Source: Nitrospirota bacterium
GTDB taxonomy: Bacteria; Nitrospirota; Thermodesulfovibrionia; SZUA-242
DNA: 64,000 bases
Reading direction: 5' to 3'
NCBI GenBank assembly: GCA_027021335.1
Contig: JALUUO010000016.1
Coordinates: forward strand, 1,776-65,775
This document shows positions 18,371 through 29,280 of this stretch, piece by piece (the stretch's first letter is position 1; each line of letters starts with the position of its first letter). The translations under genes and the position numbers were made by a program. The notes below the pieces were generated by a model, which was given only the letters and a program-made list of their open reading frames with translations, did no database searches and was not told the DNA's origin.

Positions 18371-18493
18371 AAAGATTTGAGCATCTCTTTTTATAATACC
18401 CGCCTTCAGACATATCCTTTCCTTAGCTGGATGCCGAATGTGTCAGTCCCGGCTAATGCCGGGAAGCATGACACTTTAAGTATCTGATTATAA

Positions 18494-18763
18494 TTATTTG
18501 TCTTTGTTCTTGAAGATTGAAGACGTCTCGTCCGACAACAGTCCGCATGCCGTGTAATTGACCACCCATAGAAGAATACTAGCTAGTGGGATAGCCACGA
18601 TTGCCAGACCTGTTCCTGGTCCGGTAGATTCGTGCAGCAGACTGGCAGAATGAATCATGTAAAAAAACCAGCTGAAGAACGAGAGAATAAAGGTGTTAAA
18701 ACCAAGCACCATTAGAATTTGAACAAAGTAGGCGCTTTTACTGTGCTTTGAAGTTTTAGTCAT
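18494..18763 (-). CDS. Small hypothetical membrane protein (two TM segments)
   Basis: Strong RBS AGGAGG 6 nt before the internal ATG (MTKTSKHSKSAYFVQILMVLGF...) and two hydrophobic stretches. The ORF-track version, 18494..18829, overlaps the upstream gene. Confidence 0.45.
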   Translation of the reverse strand: MTKTSKHSKSAYFVQILMVLGFNTFILSFFSWFFYMIHSASLLHESTGPGTGLAIVAIPLASILLWVVNYTACGLLSDETSSIFKNKDK

Positions 18764-20018
18764 TTGGAGATCCTCCTTGATTAGGTAGTTTTTTGCTGCT
18801 GTTGGAATTAGCCTGAATAACTTTTTCATCCCTGTCGATATGAATTTTCATTTCGGTCTTATGAATCAAGACAGGGTTGTAAAGATAACTCACAGAGGCA
18901 CTGACAATAACACTCTGATCCGCAGAAACCATAAACTTGAATTCTTCGGTTCGGGTCTCATTTGGGGTAAGACGGTTGTCATCAATAACCCGGCAAGGCT
19001 TCAACATAAGATCTGAATCATCTGTAAGTTCTTGCCCGTTTTTTTTGTATACAACTCTTTTTTTGTAAATTTGTCGGCGGATCATGGTTTCACCTTTTGG
19101 AGGTGTCCTGACTTCACAGACAAGAATGAGGCCTCGACTCGGCATGCCTGTGGGAATCATATGCCCGTAACCTGTATTTGTAACCTGTACAACTACTTTT
19201 AGATGTCCGCCGTTTCTTTCAACTTTATTTATTTTGACACTGATGTCATAGTCTATTATATTGAAACCGGAACTGTTTTGAGAACCTGTCTGCATGGCTT
19301 CTGCTTGACTAGGCAGGTCCTCCCTGAACTTCACCATTCGATGATCTTTCAGGTCATCTTTTTGTTTAGGCATATGACAATCCTGACATTCCACACCTTG
19401 TGCAGGATAGGGTCCTTTTTTCCACTCTGTAAATGTTCCCATCAAAACAACGTCATTTTCGTTTGTATAGTCGTGACAGCCGGCACAGAATTCTGATGAG
19501 TTGAGAATATCTGACTGTTTACTGCCATGGGACCAAGGATCTATCCCCCCAGCAGGTACGGCTTTCATCTGACTTTGCTCTATAACAAATGGATTTTTCC
19601 GGTTAGAGAGGTCGATCCCGGTTACTGTATGACAGAAGTCACAGGTAACCCCTTCCCGGGTAATTTCTAGTTCCTGATTAAAATCTCCAGTGATAATAGT
19701 CGTGGGTGCGTGACACCTCAGACATACTTTTGCAGCCCTTCCCCATGTTTTAGTATACGCTAGCGCATAAGTCGCTTTGAATATAGGATCATCCATTGCA
19801 TGAGCATGCATTGAGTTATTCCACATGGTGTATATTTTGGGATGACACTCCCTACAGACCTTAGCCGAGACGTAATCTCTTTTTTTTATTTTTTTATTTA
19901 TTTTGCTTTTTACAGCAATGTTGTCTTCAGCTTCAGCGCAGGCATATGTTGGTGCCAATACCTGAGCCGTAGATATAAGCATAATAAGAACTCCAAACAA
20001 GAATGATATCGAAAACAT
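18756..20018 (-). CDS. Membrane-anchored pentaheme c-type cytochrome with a C-terminal non-heme domain
   Basis: Motifs: CRECH, CLRCH, CDFCH, CAGCH and CQDCH. N-terminal TM helix MFSISFLFGVLIMLISTA. Confidence 0.7.
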   Translation of the reverse strand: MFSISFLFGVLIMLISTAQVLAPTYACAEAEDNIAVKSKINKKIKKRDYVSAKVCRECHPKIYTMWNNSMHAHAMDDPIFKATYALAYTKTWGRAAKVCLRCHAPTTIITGDFNQELEITREGVTCDFCHTVTGIDLSNRKNPFVIEQSQMKAVPAGGIDPWSHGSKQSDILNSSEFCAGCHDYTNENDVVLMGTFTEWKKGPYPAQGVECQDCHMPKQKDDLKDHRMVKFREDLPSQAEAMQTGSQNSSGFNIIDYDISVKINKVERNGGHLKVVVQVTNTGYGHMIPTGMPSRGLILVCEVRTPPKGETMIRRQIYKKRVVYKKNGQELTDDSDLMLKPCRVIDDNRLTPNETRTEEFKFMVSADQSVIVSASVSYLYNPVLIHKTEMKIHIDRDEKVIQANSNSSKKLPNQGGSPND

Positions 20019-20425
20019 TAATTGTAGTGGCTTACAATAATATTTAATGTTGCAACGGTTGTGCCACCTTAATCCCATTTTTTATTAAACATTAAAACAT
20101 ACTGTTTTTCAAGGGTTTTTATTAAAAGTAGTCTATTTTTAACTAGTGTCCGTAAATCGGACAGTGTCTAATAATTGTAAATCTTGTATTTAGTCTTTAT
20201 TTTCAGTGTGTTGTTTATGAATTTTCTTTCTGTTTTCAGATCGGTGTACGAAATTCGGTCAATATGCTGTGTAGGGGAGATGATAAGGTTAAAAGAGATA
20301 CTTTATTTTATAAAACAATAGGTTAGATACTATTTTTAGTTGTGCTCATAGTGTTGGCATATGACTTGCTTAATATCAGGACATTAAAGTATTTCGTGAC
20401 ATCAACTTGTGATGGAAGGGTGTGT

Positions 20426-20920
20426 ATGAGACAAAACCTGTTTAAGACGATATTTTTTACTTTGGTTTGTATCTTTTTTATTGGAGAAGGTGCAGGTGCG
20501 ACTGAGCAACCTATTCAGTATAACCACTACAAGCACACCCAGGAACTGGAGCTGGAATGCAGTATGTGTCACCAGGGGGTAAAAGACAAGGTTCGGGCTA
20601 CGATTCCCAGTGTTGAGGTCTGTATAGAGTGTCACTCTGAACCGGTTACAGACAGCCCTGAAGAAGAAAAGATTCGAGAGTTTTACTCAAAAGGTGAAGA
20701 GATTCCCTGGCAGCGGCTTTTTCGGGTTCCTGAGCATGTTTTCTTTTCCCATAGACGGCATGTGACTGTGGCTGGTATTGAGTGTGAGAATTGTCATGGA
20801 GACATGGCAAAAAGAACAAAGCCGCCTTCTAAGGCTCCTATGAAGATAAGCATGAATAAATGTCTTGCGTGTCACAGGAAGCTTCAGGCTAAAACAGATT
20901 GTGTTTCGTGTCATCGTTGA
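20426..20920 (+). CDS. Pentaheme c-type cytochrome subunit (QrcA/ActA-like) of a quinone-interacting respiratory complex
   Basis: Motifs: CSMCH, CIECH, CENCH, CLACH and CVSCH. It lies immediately upstream of the molybdopterin, FeS and NrfD genes. The start is taken at MRQNLFKTIFFTLVCIFF (signal/anchor). Confidence 0.7.
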   Translation: MRQNLFKTIFFTLVCIFFIGEGAGATEQPIQYNHYKHTQELELECSMCHQGVKDKVRATIPSVEVCIECHSEPVTDSPEEEKIREFYSKGEEIPWQRLFRVPEHVFFSHRRHVTVAGIECENCHGDMAKRTKPPSKAPMKISMNKCLACHRKLQAKTDCVSCHR

Positions 20921-20967
20921 TCCGGTGTATAAACGGTGCGGTTTGAGATTTTGACACTTTAAACGAG

Positions 20968-23463
20968 GTGAAGATGAGTAATATACGGAGAAGGGACTTT
21001 TTAAAGATCCTGACAGGCGCTTCATCCTTTGGTCTTGCATACAGCTATGGGTTGTTCCCTAATATCGTTGAGGGAAAAACACTGGCAAAACAGATGGCTG
21101 ATGCCTCGCTTAGGCCACCAGAGGAAAAATGGGTATCGTCGCTTTGTCAACAGTGTTCGGGCGGTTGTGGTATTCTTGTCCGCGTTTATGGAGACAGGGC
21201 GGTTAAGATTGATGGAAACCCCCTTCATCCCATCAACAGGGGGAAAGTCTGTGCCAGGGGGCAGTCAGGCCTTCAATATTTGTATGATCCTGACAGGATA
21301 AAGGGCCCCATGCTTCGAGTAGGGGAACGGGGTTCTGGAAACTGGAAGCAGATATCTTGGGATGAGGCGCTTGTTTCCGCCGGTGAGAAGCTGAAAGAGC
21401 TTCGTAAGCAGGGCAAGCCGAACTCGGTTGTTATGTTGACAGGCTCACAGGATAAGCTTGCTCAAGATGTTTCAGAGCGCTTTATGGCGGCTTATGGTTC
21501 TCCTAACCTGGTGCATTGTGGTTCAGACCATGCTGCAACCGGAATGGTGCCGGCTATTAATATGATGCAGGGTTGGGAGGCTGGTGTTGTATATGATATT
21601 GAGGCATCTTCCTTAATTGTCTCATTTAATAGTGCTTTTCTTGAGACACCGTGGTCTCCTGTGCAGACATTTCAGGCCTTTGGTAAGTTTCGTAGAGGGC
21701 AGGATGATGTTCGTGGAAAACTCATTCAGATTGAGCCTCGTCTTTCAGTGACTGGAGCAAAAGCAGATACATGGGTTCCGATCCGCCCGGGAACCGAAGG
21801 CGTTCTTGCCTTGGGTATTGCTTCGATGCTGGTACTTGAAAGAAATTATGATGAAGATTTTATGGCCAATAGAACATTTGGTTTTGAGGACTGGACGGAT
21901 AAAAAAGGGGTTCTTCACCCTGGTTTTAAAACTATGCTTATCCAGGAGTATCCCATAAGCAGAGTTGTCCGGGAAACCGGTGTGCCAAGAGATACCATAA
22001 TAAGTATATCCAGGGATCTTGCCAGGCATCAACCGGCATTGGTTATAGGCAATGACGCTGACGGTGTTGGTAATCAAGGTATTTATAACCGCATGGCTAT
22101 ACATGCATTAAACGCATTGATTGGTAGTATTCAGAAAACAGGAGGAGTGCTTTCACGTGCGAGAACTCCGGATTTATCGTTTCTTGCGCCATTTAAGCCG
22201 GATGCCGTAGCTGCCGCAGGATTATCCAGGCCCAGGGTAGATGGCGCTGGAAAAGACGTCTACTCATTAGCCCGGAATGTTCCGGCACGACTGGCCGAGC
22301 GGATTCAGAAGAAGCAGCCGTACCCTGTTGAAGCTCTTCTTCTAAACGGAGCTAATCCTCTTTTTAACAGCCATGACCCTGAGCAGTTCTTGTTGGCGAT
22401 AAAACGCCTGCCGACAATTATCAGTTTTTCTTCATTTATGGACGAAACAACACAGTATGCTGACCTTATTTTACCGGATTCGACTTACCTGGAAAAATGG
22501 CAATTGAGCAGTGCTCATACATTAAAAGGCAATCCGGTGGTCAGTATAGGTCAGCCGGTGATTGATCCTGTTTACGATACTCGTGACAGCGCCGAGGTTT
22601 TGATGTCTCTGGCTCAAACAATGGACAAGTCTGTTGCTGGTGCATTTCCAACTGCAAAATCTCAAGATCTTATAAAAAGCTCGATGAAGACACTTCACAA
22701 GGCCGGCAAGGGAACGTCTTTTGGGGCTCCTTTGGAAGAGCTGTGGACCAAACTATTGGAGCGAAGTGGCTGGAAGGTTCGGAGTCATGAACAGTTTGAA
22801 AAGTTTCTGATGGATGTTCAGGGGCAAGGAGGGTGGTGGGACCCTGTTTATTATCAGTGGGAGTGGAAACGTGTTTTAGGTACTCCGTCAGGAAAATTCG
22901 AGTTCTACTCTCTTGCAGCCAGTAAGTATATTCGTAGTTTGAAAAGCATGGAAAAAGATGTCTTTCTTGAAAAAACAACAGAAATGACCCATCTTGACAA
23001 AACGGACACAGCTTGCATGCCGCATGGTGATCCAGGTGTTCTCAAGGGTAATGAGTCGGTTTATAACCTTGAGTTGAATCCCTACTCTATTCCTATCTTA
23101 AGCGGGCTTTCCCATACAAACCAGGCCTGGCTTCAGGATATCACGGGTTTTCACGTTTATCAGAATTGGCATACCTGGGTGGAAATCAATCCTGAAACAG
23201 CTCATAAAGCAGGTGTTCATAATGGGGATAAGGTTTGGGTTGAGTCTTTGCAGGGTAAAATAGTTGCGAAGGTCCGGATTTATGACGGCGTAATGCCGGA
23301 TGTAATTAATCTGCCGGTTGGGCTGGGACATAAAACCGGTGGAAGATGGACTGAAGGAATTGGTGAGAATGTTCTTCAGATTCTGCAGTACAAGAAGGAA
23401 CCCTTTACCGGTGAAATAAGATTTACAAGATGCCGTGCCCGGTTAATAAAAGCAACGGCGTAA
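20968..23463 (+). CDS. Molybdopterin oxidoreductase-family catalytic-type subunit with a Tat signal (QrcB/ActB1/PsrA-like)
   Basis: Twin-arginine motif RRRDFLKILTGASSFGLA. N-terminal Cys cluster CQQCSGGCGILV...C. 831 aa. Confidence 0.8.
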   Translation: MKMSNIRRRDFLKILTGASSFGLAYSYGLFPNIVEGKTLAKQMADASLRPPEEKWVSSLCQQCSGGCGILVRVYGDRAVKIDGNPLHPINRGKVCARGQSGLQYLYDPDRIKGPMLRVGERGSGNWKQISWDEALVSAGEKLKELRKQGKPNSVVMLTGSQDKLAQDVSERFMAAYGSPNLVHCGSDHAATGMVPAINMMQGWEAGVVYDIEASSLIVSFNSAFLETPWSPVQTFQAFGKFRRGQDDVRGKLIQIEPRLSVTGAKADTWVPIRPGTEGVLALGIASMLVLERNYDEDFMANRTFGFEDWTDKKGVLHPGFKTMLIQEYPISRVVRETGVPRDTIISISRDLARHQPALVIGNDADGVGNQGIYNRMAIHALNALIGSIQKTGGVLSRARTPDLSFLAPFKPDAVAAAGLSRPRVDGAGKDVYSLARNVPARLAERIQKKQPYPVEALLLNGANPLFNSHDPEQFLLAIKRLPTIISFSSFMDETTQYADLILPDSTYLEKWQLSSAHTLKGNPVVSIGQPVIDPVYDTRDSAEVLMSLAQTMDKSVAGAFPTAKSQDLIKSSMKTLHKAGKGTSFGAPLEELWTKLLERSGWKVRSHEQFEKFLMDVQGQGGWWDPVYYQWEWKRVLGTPSGKFEFYSLAASKYIRSLKSMEKDVFLEKTTEMTHLDKTDTACMPHGDPGVLKGNESVYNLELNPYSIPILSGLSHTNQAWLQDITGFHVYQNWHTWVEINPETAHKAGVHNGDKVWVESLQGKIVAKVRIYDGVMPDVINLPVGLGHKTGGRWTEGIGENVLQILQYKKEPFTGEIRFTRCRARLIKATA

Positions 23464-23476
23464 AGGAGTAATACGA

Positions 23477-24160
23477 ATGGCAAAATGGGGGATGGTAATA
23501 GATCTGGATAAATGTTCAGCATGTCAGGCATGTGTTGTTGCCTGTCAAGCCGAAAACAATATCCCAAATTCGAATCCTGAAAGTGCAGCCAAGGGAAGAA
23601 ATATTCACTGGCTGGAGATGATACCTTTTATCGAGGAAGAGTATCCAAATACACAGATGAAGCTTGTGCCTCGTCCCTGTATGCATTGTGAACACCCACC
23701 TTGTATCAAGGTTTGTCCGGTTGGGGCAACCCAAATCAGCTCTGAAGGTATTGTTGGTCAGATTAACGCCCGGTGTATCGGATGCCGTTATTGTACCGCA
23801 GCATGTCCATATACGGTGAAGTCGTTTAACTGGTTTAAACCTCAATGGGCAAAAGGTATGGAGAGAGCCCTTAATCCAGATGTAACTGTTCGCTACAATG
23901 GTGTAGTGGAAAAGTGTACTTTTTGTCATCACAGGTTGCAAAAAGCCAAGGACAAGGCTCGTTATGAGGGACGTGAGTTGGGGCCGGATGACTACATACC
24001 TGCATGTGTTCAGACTTGTCCCAGTGAGGCAATGTACTTTGGAGATCTGGATAATCCTAAATCTAAGGTGGCTATTCTTGCGCGAAGCAGACGAGCTTTT
24101 CAGTTATTGGAAGACCTTGGTACCCATCCCAAGGTGATTTATTTAAATGAAGGAGTATGA
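23477..24160 (+). CDS. 4Fe-4S ferredoxin-type iron-sulfur subunit (QrcC/ActB2/PsrB-like)
   Basis: Four Cys clusters: CSACQACVVAC, CMHCEHPPCIKVCP, CIGCRYCTAACP and CTFCHHR...CVQTCP. Confidence 0.85.
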   Translation: MAKWGMVIDLDKCSACQACVVACQAENNIPNSNPESAAKGRNIHWLEMIPFIEEEYPNTQMKLVPRPCMHCEHPPCIKVCPVGATQISSEGIVGQINARCIGCRYCTAACPYTVKSFNWFKPQWAKGMERALNPDVTVRYNGVVEKCTFCHHRLQKAKDKARYEGRELGPDDYIPACVQTCPSEAMYFGDLDNPKSKVAILARSRRAFQLLEDLGTHPKVIYLNEGV

Positions 24161-25556
24161 CATGGACCTGAGCAAGGCCTTTGAACATGATGAAAAGATT
24201 CTCCTCAAGCCCATTCAAGAGGCGAATCGTAACTTTTACATTACAGTTGGTCTCCTTTCTCTTATTGTGGGTTGGGGATTTTATGCTTATTTTCAGCAGT
24301 TCCAAAATGGACTTGGTGTTACTGGTCTAAACCGACCGGTATACTGGGGATTTTATATCACTAACTTCGTTTTTTTCATAGGCATAAGTCATGCCGGAAC
24401 TCTGATATCGGCTATTCTTAGAATTGCCCAAGCCGAGTGGCGCCGGGCGATCACCCGATCCGCGGAAGTTATAACGGTAATGGTGATTCTGTTTGGCGTG
24501 GCCAGTATTTTGATGGATCTTGGCCGTCCGGACCGGATAATTAATATAATAAAGTTCGGGCGTTTTCAATCACCTCTTCTTTGGGACGTTACGAGTATAA
24601 CCATCTACTTGACCGGTAGTACGGTCTATCTGTATCTACCCCTGATTCCGGATATCGCTATTATGCGCGACAAGACCAAAAAGAGAAAGTGGTTATACAC
24701 TGTTTTGGCCCTGGGATGGGAAGGTACTCCAAAGCAGTGGCATCGCCTGGAGTTGGCTATTTCGGTTATGGCGATTCTTGTTATTCCTGTTGCTGTTTCG
24801 GTGCATACAGTGGTTTCTTTTGTCTTTGCGATGACTGTTCAGCCTATGTGGCATTCGGCAATCTTTGGACCCTATTTCGTGGTCGGGGCTATATATTCGG
24901 GTATTGCAGCTTTAATTGTTGCTATGGCTTTAATTCGCTGGGTGTACAAGTTGGATGATTACCTGAAAGACATTCATTTTACGAACCTGGGAATACTGCT
25001 CTTTGTGTTTACTTTGTTATGGACATACTTTACCTTTGCAGAGTACCTAACTACTTTTTACGGGGCAGAGCCCACCCATATGGCAGTTTTTTGGTCCAAG
25101 TTTAACGGAGAATACAAATATGAATTTTGGGGAATGGTGGTTTGTTGCCTTGTCATACCGGGTATCATTTTAAGCAATCGGAAGTTGCGTACTATTAAGG
25201 GGAGTGTTTTTGCATCCTTGGCCATTACAGTTGGAATGTGGTTAGAGCGCTTTATTATTGTGGTTCCTACCCTTGCCAACCCACGCCTTCCTTATGAACG
25301 CGGGGTTTATCACCCAACCTGGGTGGAATTGTCACTTCTGGCTGGTTGTTTTGCTTTCTTCATTCTGTTGTATGTGCTGTTTACCAAGTTTTTCCCTATT
25401 GTCTCGATTTGGGAAATAGCGGAGGGAAGAAAGCATGCGGTTGCTGAGGTGGCTGGCAGGGTTAAAACATACCTGCCCGATACCTATGGAGAGATGCACG
25501 GGGTGGTAGTCTCTGGGCAGGAAGAAAAAACCATTCTGAAAGACATTCAACAGTAA
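24147..25556 (+). CDS. NrfD/PsrC-family integral membrane quinone-interacting subunit (QrcD/ActC-like)
   Basis: 469 aa, highly hydrophobic with multiple TM helices. Its position after the FeS subunit fits the assignment. Confidence 0.75.
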   Translation: MKEYDMDLSKAFEHDEKILLKPIQEANRNFYITVGLLSLIVGWGFYAYFQQFQNGLGVTGLNRPVYWGFYITNFVFFIGISHAGTLISAILRIAQAEWRRAITRSAEVITVMVILFGVASILMDLGRPDRIINIIKFGRFQSPLLWDVTSITIYLTGSTVYLYLPLIPDIAIMRDKTKKRKWLYTVLALGWEGTPKQWHRLELAISVMAILVIPVAVSVHTVVSFVFAMTVQPMWHSAIFGPYFVVGAIYSGIAALIVAMALIRWVYKLDDYLKDIHFTNLGILLFVFTLLWTYFTFAEYLTTFYGAEPTHMAVFWSKFNGEYKYEFWGMVVCCLVIPGIILSNRKLRTIKGSVFASLAITVGMWLERFIIVVPTLANPRLPYERGVYHPTWVELSLLAGCFAFFILLYVLFTKFFPIVSIWEIAEGRKHAVAEVAGRVKTYLPDTYGEMHGVVVSGQEEKTILKDIQQ

Positions 25557-25558
25557 AA

Positions 25559-26839
25559 GTGTTCCGGGGGTATAACATTATGATAAAAAAACATCAGGTC
25601 AAATTATTAAAAGCGATCCCTTACCTTGTTTTTGTTACGCTCTGGACATTGGTTTGGACGGGGATCTCCATGTTTCCCGGTCTCCAAAGGGATGCAGTAG
25701 CCGTAGAGGACGTCTCGTTGGTTTTTCCCGAGGACGCCAGTACGGGGTGGAAGCTCTTTCTTTCTAAAAATTGTATTCGTTGCCATTCAATCTGGGGGCA
25801 GGGAGATGCTGTTATCGGGCCAGATCTTGGCAGGATACATATAAGTCACCTTTCTGAGGGGCAGCTTGCTACCAATATTGTCAATCATCTGCCTCAGATG
25901 TGGGAAAAAATGAGAGAAGAGGGAATCCGTTACCAATCTATGACCGAAGATGAAATGGCCTCTTTATTCTCGTTTCTTTACTTTATTCGCTATGTGGACG
26001 AGCCGGGTGATCCTGCAAAGGGGAAACTCTTATTGTCTGCCAAAGGATGTACAACCTGTCATTCTATTCTGGGCAAAGGCGGTAAGATCGGACCTGATTT
26101 GACCAAGTGGGGACTTTATATTAACCCTATCGTCTGGGCCCAAAAGATGTGGCAACATGCTCCTCAGATGGAAAAAGAGATGAAGAAGAGGGGGATTTCA
26201 TGGCCCAATCTTAATGCAAAAGATATGGTCAACCTGGTGGCATATGTTCAGACTATTGGGGGGAAAATCCAAGAGGAGTACCATCTGGAACCAGGATCGC
26301 CGGTACGTGGAAGAAAACTTTTTGCAAAAAATGGATGTAAGGATTGCCATTCTGTAGAGGGTTCGGGTGCACACGTGGGGCCTGATTTTGGAAAGATAGA
26401 GTTTCCAAGAACCTTAGCGGATATGGCATCTCGGATGTGGAATCATTCTCCGGATATGATGCGGATGATGAAGATCAAGAACATAAAAAGGAGGGATCTA
26501 ACACCTCAGGCAATGGCGGATGTTATCGCCTATCTATTTGCCGTACGTTACTTTGATCCACCAGGGGATGTTCTTCGTGGTGAAAAAATATTTGAAGAAA
26601 AAAACTGTGTTATTTGTCACACGGTGGGACCGGGTGGAAGAAACGGCTCTATTGGTCCGAACTTAAGTCGTCTTCCTAATATCTCTACGATAAAAATAAC
26701 ACAGTCCATATGGAATCACGGCCCTAAAATGATGAAAACAATGCGTGATTATGGTTTTTCATGGCCGGTTCTTAAAGGCACTGACATGAACGATATCGTG
26801 GCCTTTTTAAAGTCAGTAAGCGTCCATAAAAAGAAATAA
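25559..26839 (+). CDS. Membrane-anchored cytochrome c with four class-I monoheme domains
   Basis: N-terminal TM. Motifs CIRCH, CTTCH, CKDCH and CVICH, each about 100 aa apart. An alternative start is possible at MIKKHQ (25580). Confidence 0.7.
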   Translation: MFRGYNIMIKKHQVKLLKAIPYLVFVTLWTLVWTGISMFPGLQRDAVAVEDVSLVFPEDASTGWKLFLSKNCIRCHSIWGQGDAVIGPDLGRIHISHLSEGQLATNIVNHLPQMWEKMREEGIRYQSMTEDEMASLFSFLYFIRYVDEPGDPAKGKLLLSAKGCTTCHSILGKGGKIGPDLTKWGLYINPIVWAQKMWQHAPQMEKEMKKRGISWPNLNAKDMVNLVAYVQTIGGKIQEEYHLEPGSPVRGRKLFAKNGCKDCHSVEGSGAHVGPDFGKIEFPRTLADMASRMWNHSPDMMRMMKIKNIKRRDLTPQAMADVIAYLFAVRYFDPPGDVLRGEKIFEEKNCVICHTVGPGGRNGSIGPNLSRLPNISTIKITQSIWNHGPKMMKTMRDYGFSWPVLKGTDMNDIVAFLKSVSVHKKK

Positions 26840-26873
26840 AACTCCCTTTAAAATATTTAAGCATTATTCTATT

Positions 26874-26917
26874 GGCTTGCATAAAAGTACTTATTTTTAT
26901 GCAAGCCTCTTTTTTTA
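26874..26917. terminator. Rho-independent terminator, bidirectional, between convergent genes
   Basis: GGCTTGCATAAAA-(loop)-TTTTATGCAAGCC followed by TCTTTTTTT. Confidence 0.6.
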
Positions 26918-27116
26918 GTGAAATTGCTTGATTTGTTATGCAGAAAAAATGCGGGATTGTAGTCACAACGGCTGCTCGTTCCTTCCCCCGGTATGTACCC
27001 TTGGTGCGATATGCAAGAAGACAGTCAGCATCCGGTGATTCAACCTCTAAACTCCTGTTTGTTTGTTGAATTTACTTGCTGAATTAATCCGACTCGTGAA
27101 GTATTATAGGGGATGA

Positions 27117-27596
27117 TCAGTTCGTATCGCTTGTACGGATCTCTATCCAGGCAGGTGGACCTTCAAGCTGTTGTTCCGGGGCATCAACAAGCAGAGTCAC
27201 CTTATACTTGTAGGTAGCTCCTCGATCTACGTTTTGGTCTGAAAATGATGGCTGGAAAACAATTTTGCAGGTTTTTGAGCCGTCTTTTTCCATACGGCAT
27301 ACTCTGTACCTGCCTGAACCGGACCTCTCAACAGGCAATGACCATAAAAGGTAGATGGTGCCGTCCACAAATAAGCCCTTCAGGTTTTCAGGTGCGCCAG
27401 GTGCTATAGCAGAGGATGGCTTGGAAGCAGTGGTAACTGTTTCCTCAGGTTCTTTATCTTTCTCAAAGCTGGCAGCAGAGGAGGAGCTAGTAGCTTCTGC
27501 CGACATACGCCTGGAAGCATCAGGGGGGAGAGTTAAGGGGCCTTTTTTACCACAAGAAAAAAGGCATGGAATGAGAAGCAGTCCACCTATGGCCAA
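27117..27596 (-). CDS. Hypothetical lipoprotein
   Basis: The ORF-track version overlaps argH by more than 100 nt. A TTG start at about 27596 gives MAIGGLLLIPCLFSCGKKG, which has a lipobox. The C-terminal region is beta-rich. Confidence 0.4.
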   Translation of the reverse strand: MAIGGLLLIPCLFSCGKKGPLTLPPDASRRMSAEATSSSSAASFEKDKEPEETVTTASKPSSAIAPGAPENLKGLFVDGTIYLLWSLPVERSGSGRYRVCRMEKDGSKTCKIVFQPSFSDQNVDRGATYKYKVTLLVDAPEQQLEGPPAWIEIRTSDTN

Positions 27597-27606
27597 AAAG
27601 CTTCGG

Positions 27607-29001
27607 CTAACGCTTTTTGCCCTTGAGTTCTTTAAGTCTTGCAATAACGAGTTCCTTGGCCGTTCCGCCAAAAGATTTTCTGCGTGCCGCTGATCCTTCA
27701 ACCGAAAGCCAGTCATATACATCCTGAGTTACTCCGCCGGCAAACAGAGCCAGCTCCTCCAGGCTGAGGTCCTCAAGCTTTTTACCATTTTTATTTCCAG
27801 CTCCATGTTGTTTCAAACAGTATGCAACCAGTTTGCCTGCCGCTTCATGAGCCTGCCTGAAAGGCATTCCTGAGGCAGTCAGGTAATCTGCAAAATCCGT
27901 GGCGGTTGTAAAACCTCCAAGCGCTGCTTCTTTCATCCTATGTCTGTTTATCTTGAGTTTTTGAAGCATTCGTCCCATAAGGTCTAAGGCTGCCTTAACA
28001 GTGTCCACAGAATCGAAAAGAGCTTCTTTGTCTTCCTGCATGTCACGATTATACGCAAGTGGCAGTCCCTTCATAACTGTAAGAAGGGCAAAAAGATTGC
28101 CATAGACTCTTCCTGTCTTTCCCCTTGTAAGTTCGGCTACGTCCGGGTTTTTTTTCTGCGGCATAATGGAGGAGCCGGTTGCAAATGCATCCGGAAGTTC
28201 TATAAATCCAAATTCACCTGACGCCCACAGTATGATTTCCTCGCTGAGACGGGACAGATGCATCATGAGCACGGAACAGGCAGATAGAAACTCTATTACA
28301 AAATCCCTGTCGGATACAGTATCGATACTGTTTTTAGAAACATCCGGAAAACCAAGCTGCTTAGCCACGTAATGCCTATCAATAGGAAATGATGTTCCTG
28401 CCAAGGCTGCTGCTCCAAGCGGCATAACATTTATGCGTTGAAGTGCATCCTGGAAGCGTTCTGCATCTCTGTCAGCCATTTCGTAATATGCCAGTAGGTG
28501 GTGAGCAAACAGAACAGGCTGGGCCCTTTGAAGATGTGTGTAGCCCGGAAGAACCGCATCTATATTTTTCTCGGCAAGCTTGACCAAAGATTTCTTAAAC
28601 CGGCTAAGAAGGTTAATGATGGACTCTGTTTCTTCGCGAAGATAGAGCCGCGTATCAAGAGCCACCTGATCGTTTCGGCTTCTTGCTGTATGGAGTTTTC
28701 CACCGAGAGGCCCTATTTTCTCTGTAAGCCTTGCCTCGATATTCATGTGTATATCTTCGTGTTCTTTTCTGAACTGGAACTCGCCGCTACTTATTTCAGC
28801 AGCAATCTCTCGTAGCGCAGCCACTATCCTATCGGCCTCAGACTTCTTGATGATTTTCTGGCGGCCAAGCATTCTGGCGTGGGCAATGCTGCCTTTTATG
28901 TCGTACTGCCAGAGTCGGTAATCATATGAGATGGATTCGGTGTAAGATTCCACAATATCGTCAGTGGTATTGTTGAATCTTCCGGCCCAAAGTTTTTTCA
29001 T
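27607..29001 (-). CDS. argH: Argininosuccinate lyase
   Basis: 464 aa. Fumarate-lyase signature [17 protein letters not shown]-terminus MKKLWAGRF... Confidence 0.92.
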   Translation of the reverse strand: MKKLWAGRFNNTTDDIVESYTESISYDYRLWQYDIKGSIAHARMLGRQKIIKKSEADRIVAALREIAAEISSGEFQFRKEHEDIHMNIEARLTEKIGPLGGKLHTARSRNDQVALDTRLYLREETESIINLLSRFKKSLVKLAEKNIDAVLPGYTHLQRAQPVLFAHHLLAYYEMADRDAERFQDALQRINVMPLGAAALAGTSFPIDRHYVAKQLGFPDVSKNSIDTVSDRDFVIEFLSACSVLMMHLSRLSEEIILWASGEFGFIELPDAFATGSSIMPQKKNPDVAELTRGKTGRVYGNLFALLTVMKGLPLAYNRDMQEDKEALFDSVDTVKAALDLMGRMLQKLKINRHRMKEAALGGFTTATDFADYLTASGMPFRQAHEAAGKLVAYCLKQHGAGNKNGKKLEDLSLEELALFAGGVTQDVYDWLSVEGSAARRKSFGGTAKELVIARLKELKGKKR

Positions 29002-29280
29002 GATTTTATATTTTTAATTAAAAAATCCAAAGAATAAATTTTCCAAAGTTTGGTTGCTGTAAGTAATGCTGCAAACAGAAAAGTCGGCATCCAAGCAAAA
29101 AATATCTCAACTTGGGTAAAAACTTTTCGCATCAAAATATTAGCATATTTCATCGCTACAAATCATCACGGTTTAAGTAGAGTAATAAATGGCTCTATAC
29201 CAGCCGGTGGCGACCGACGGCTTGACAAACCAGCTGCCTGGCCTTGCCTTTTAGGGCGTCTTTAATTATACTTAATTGTC

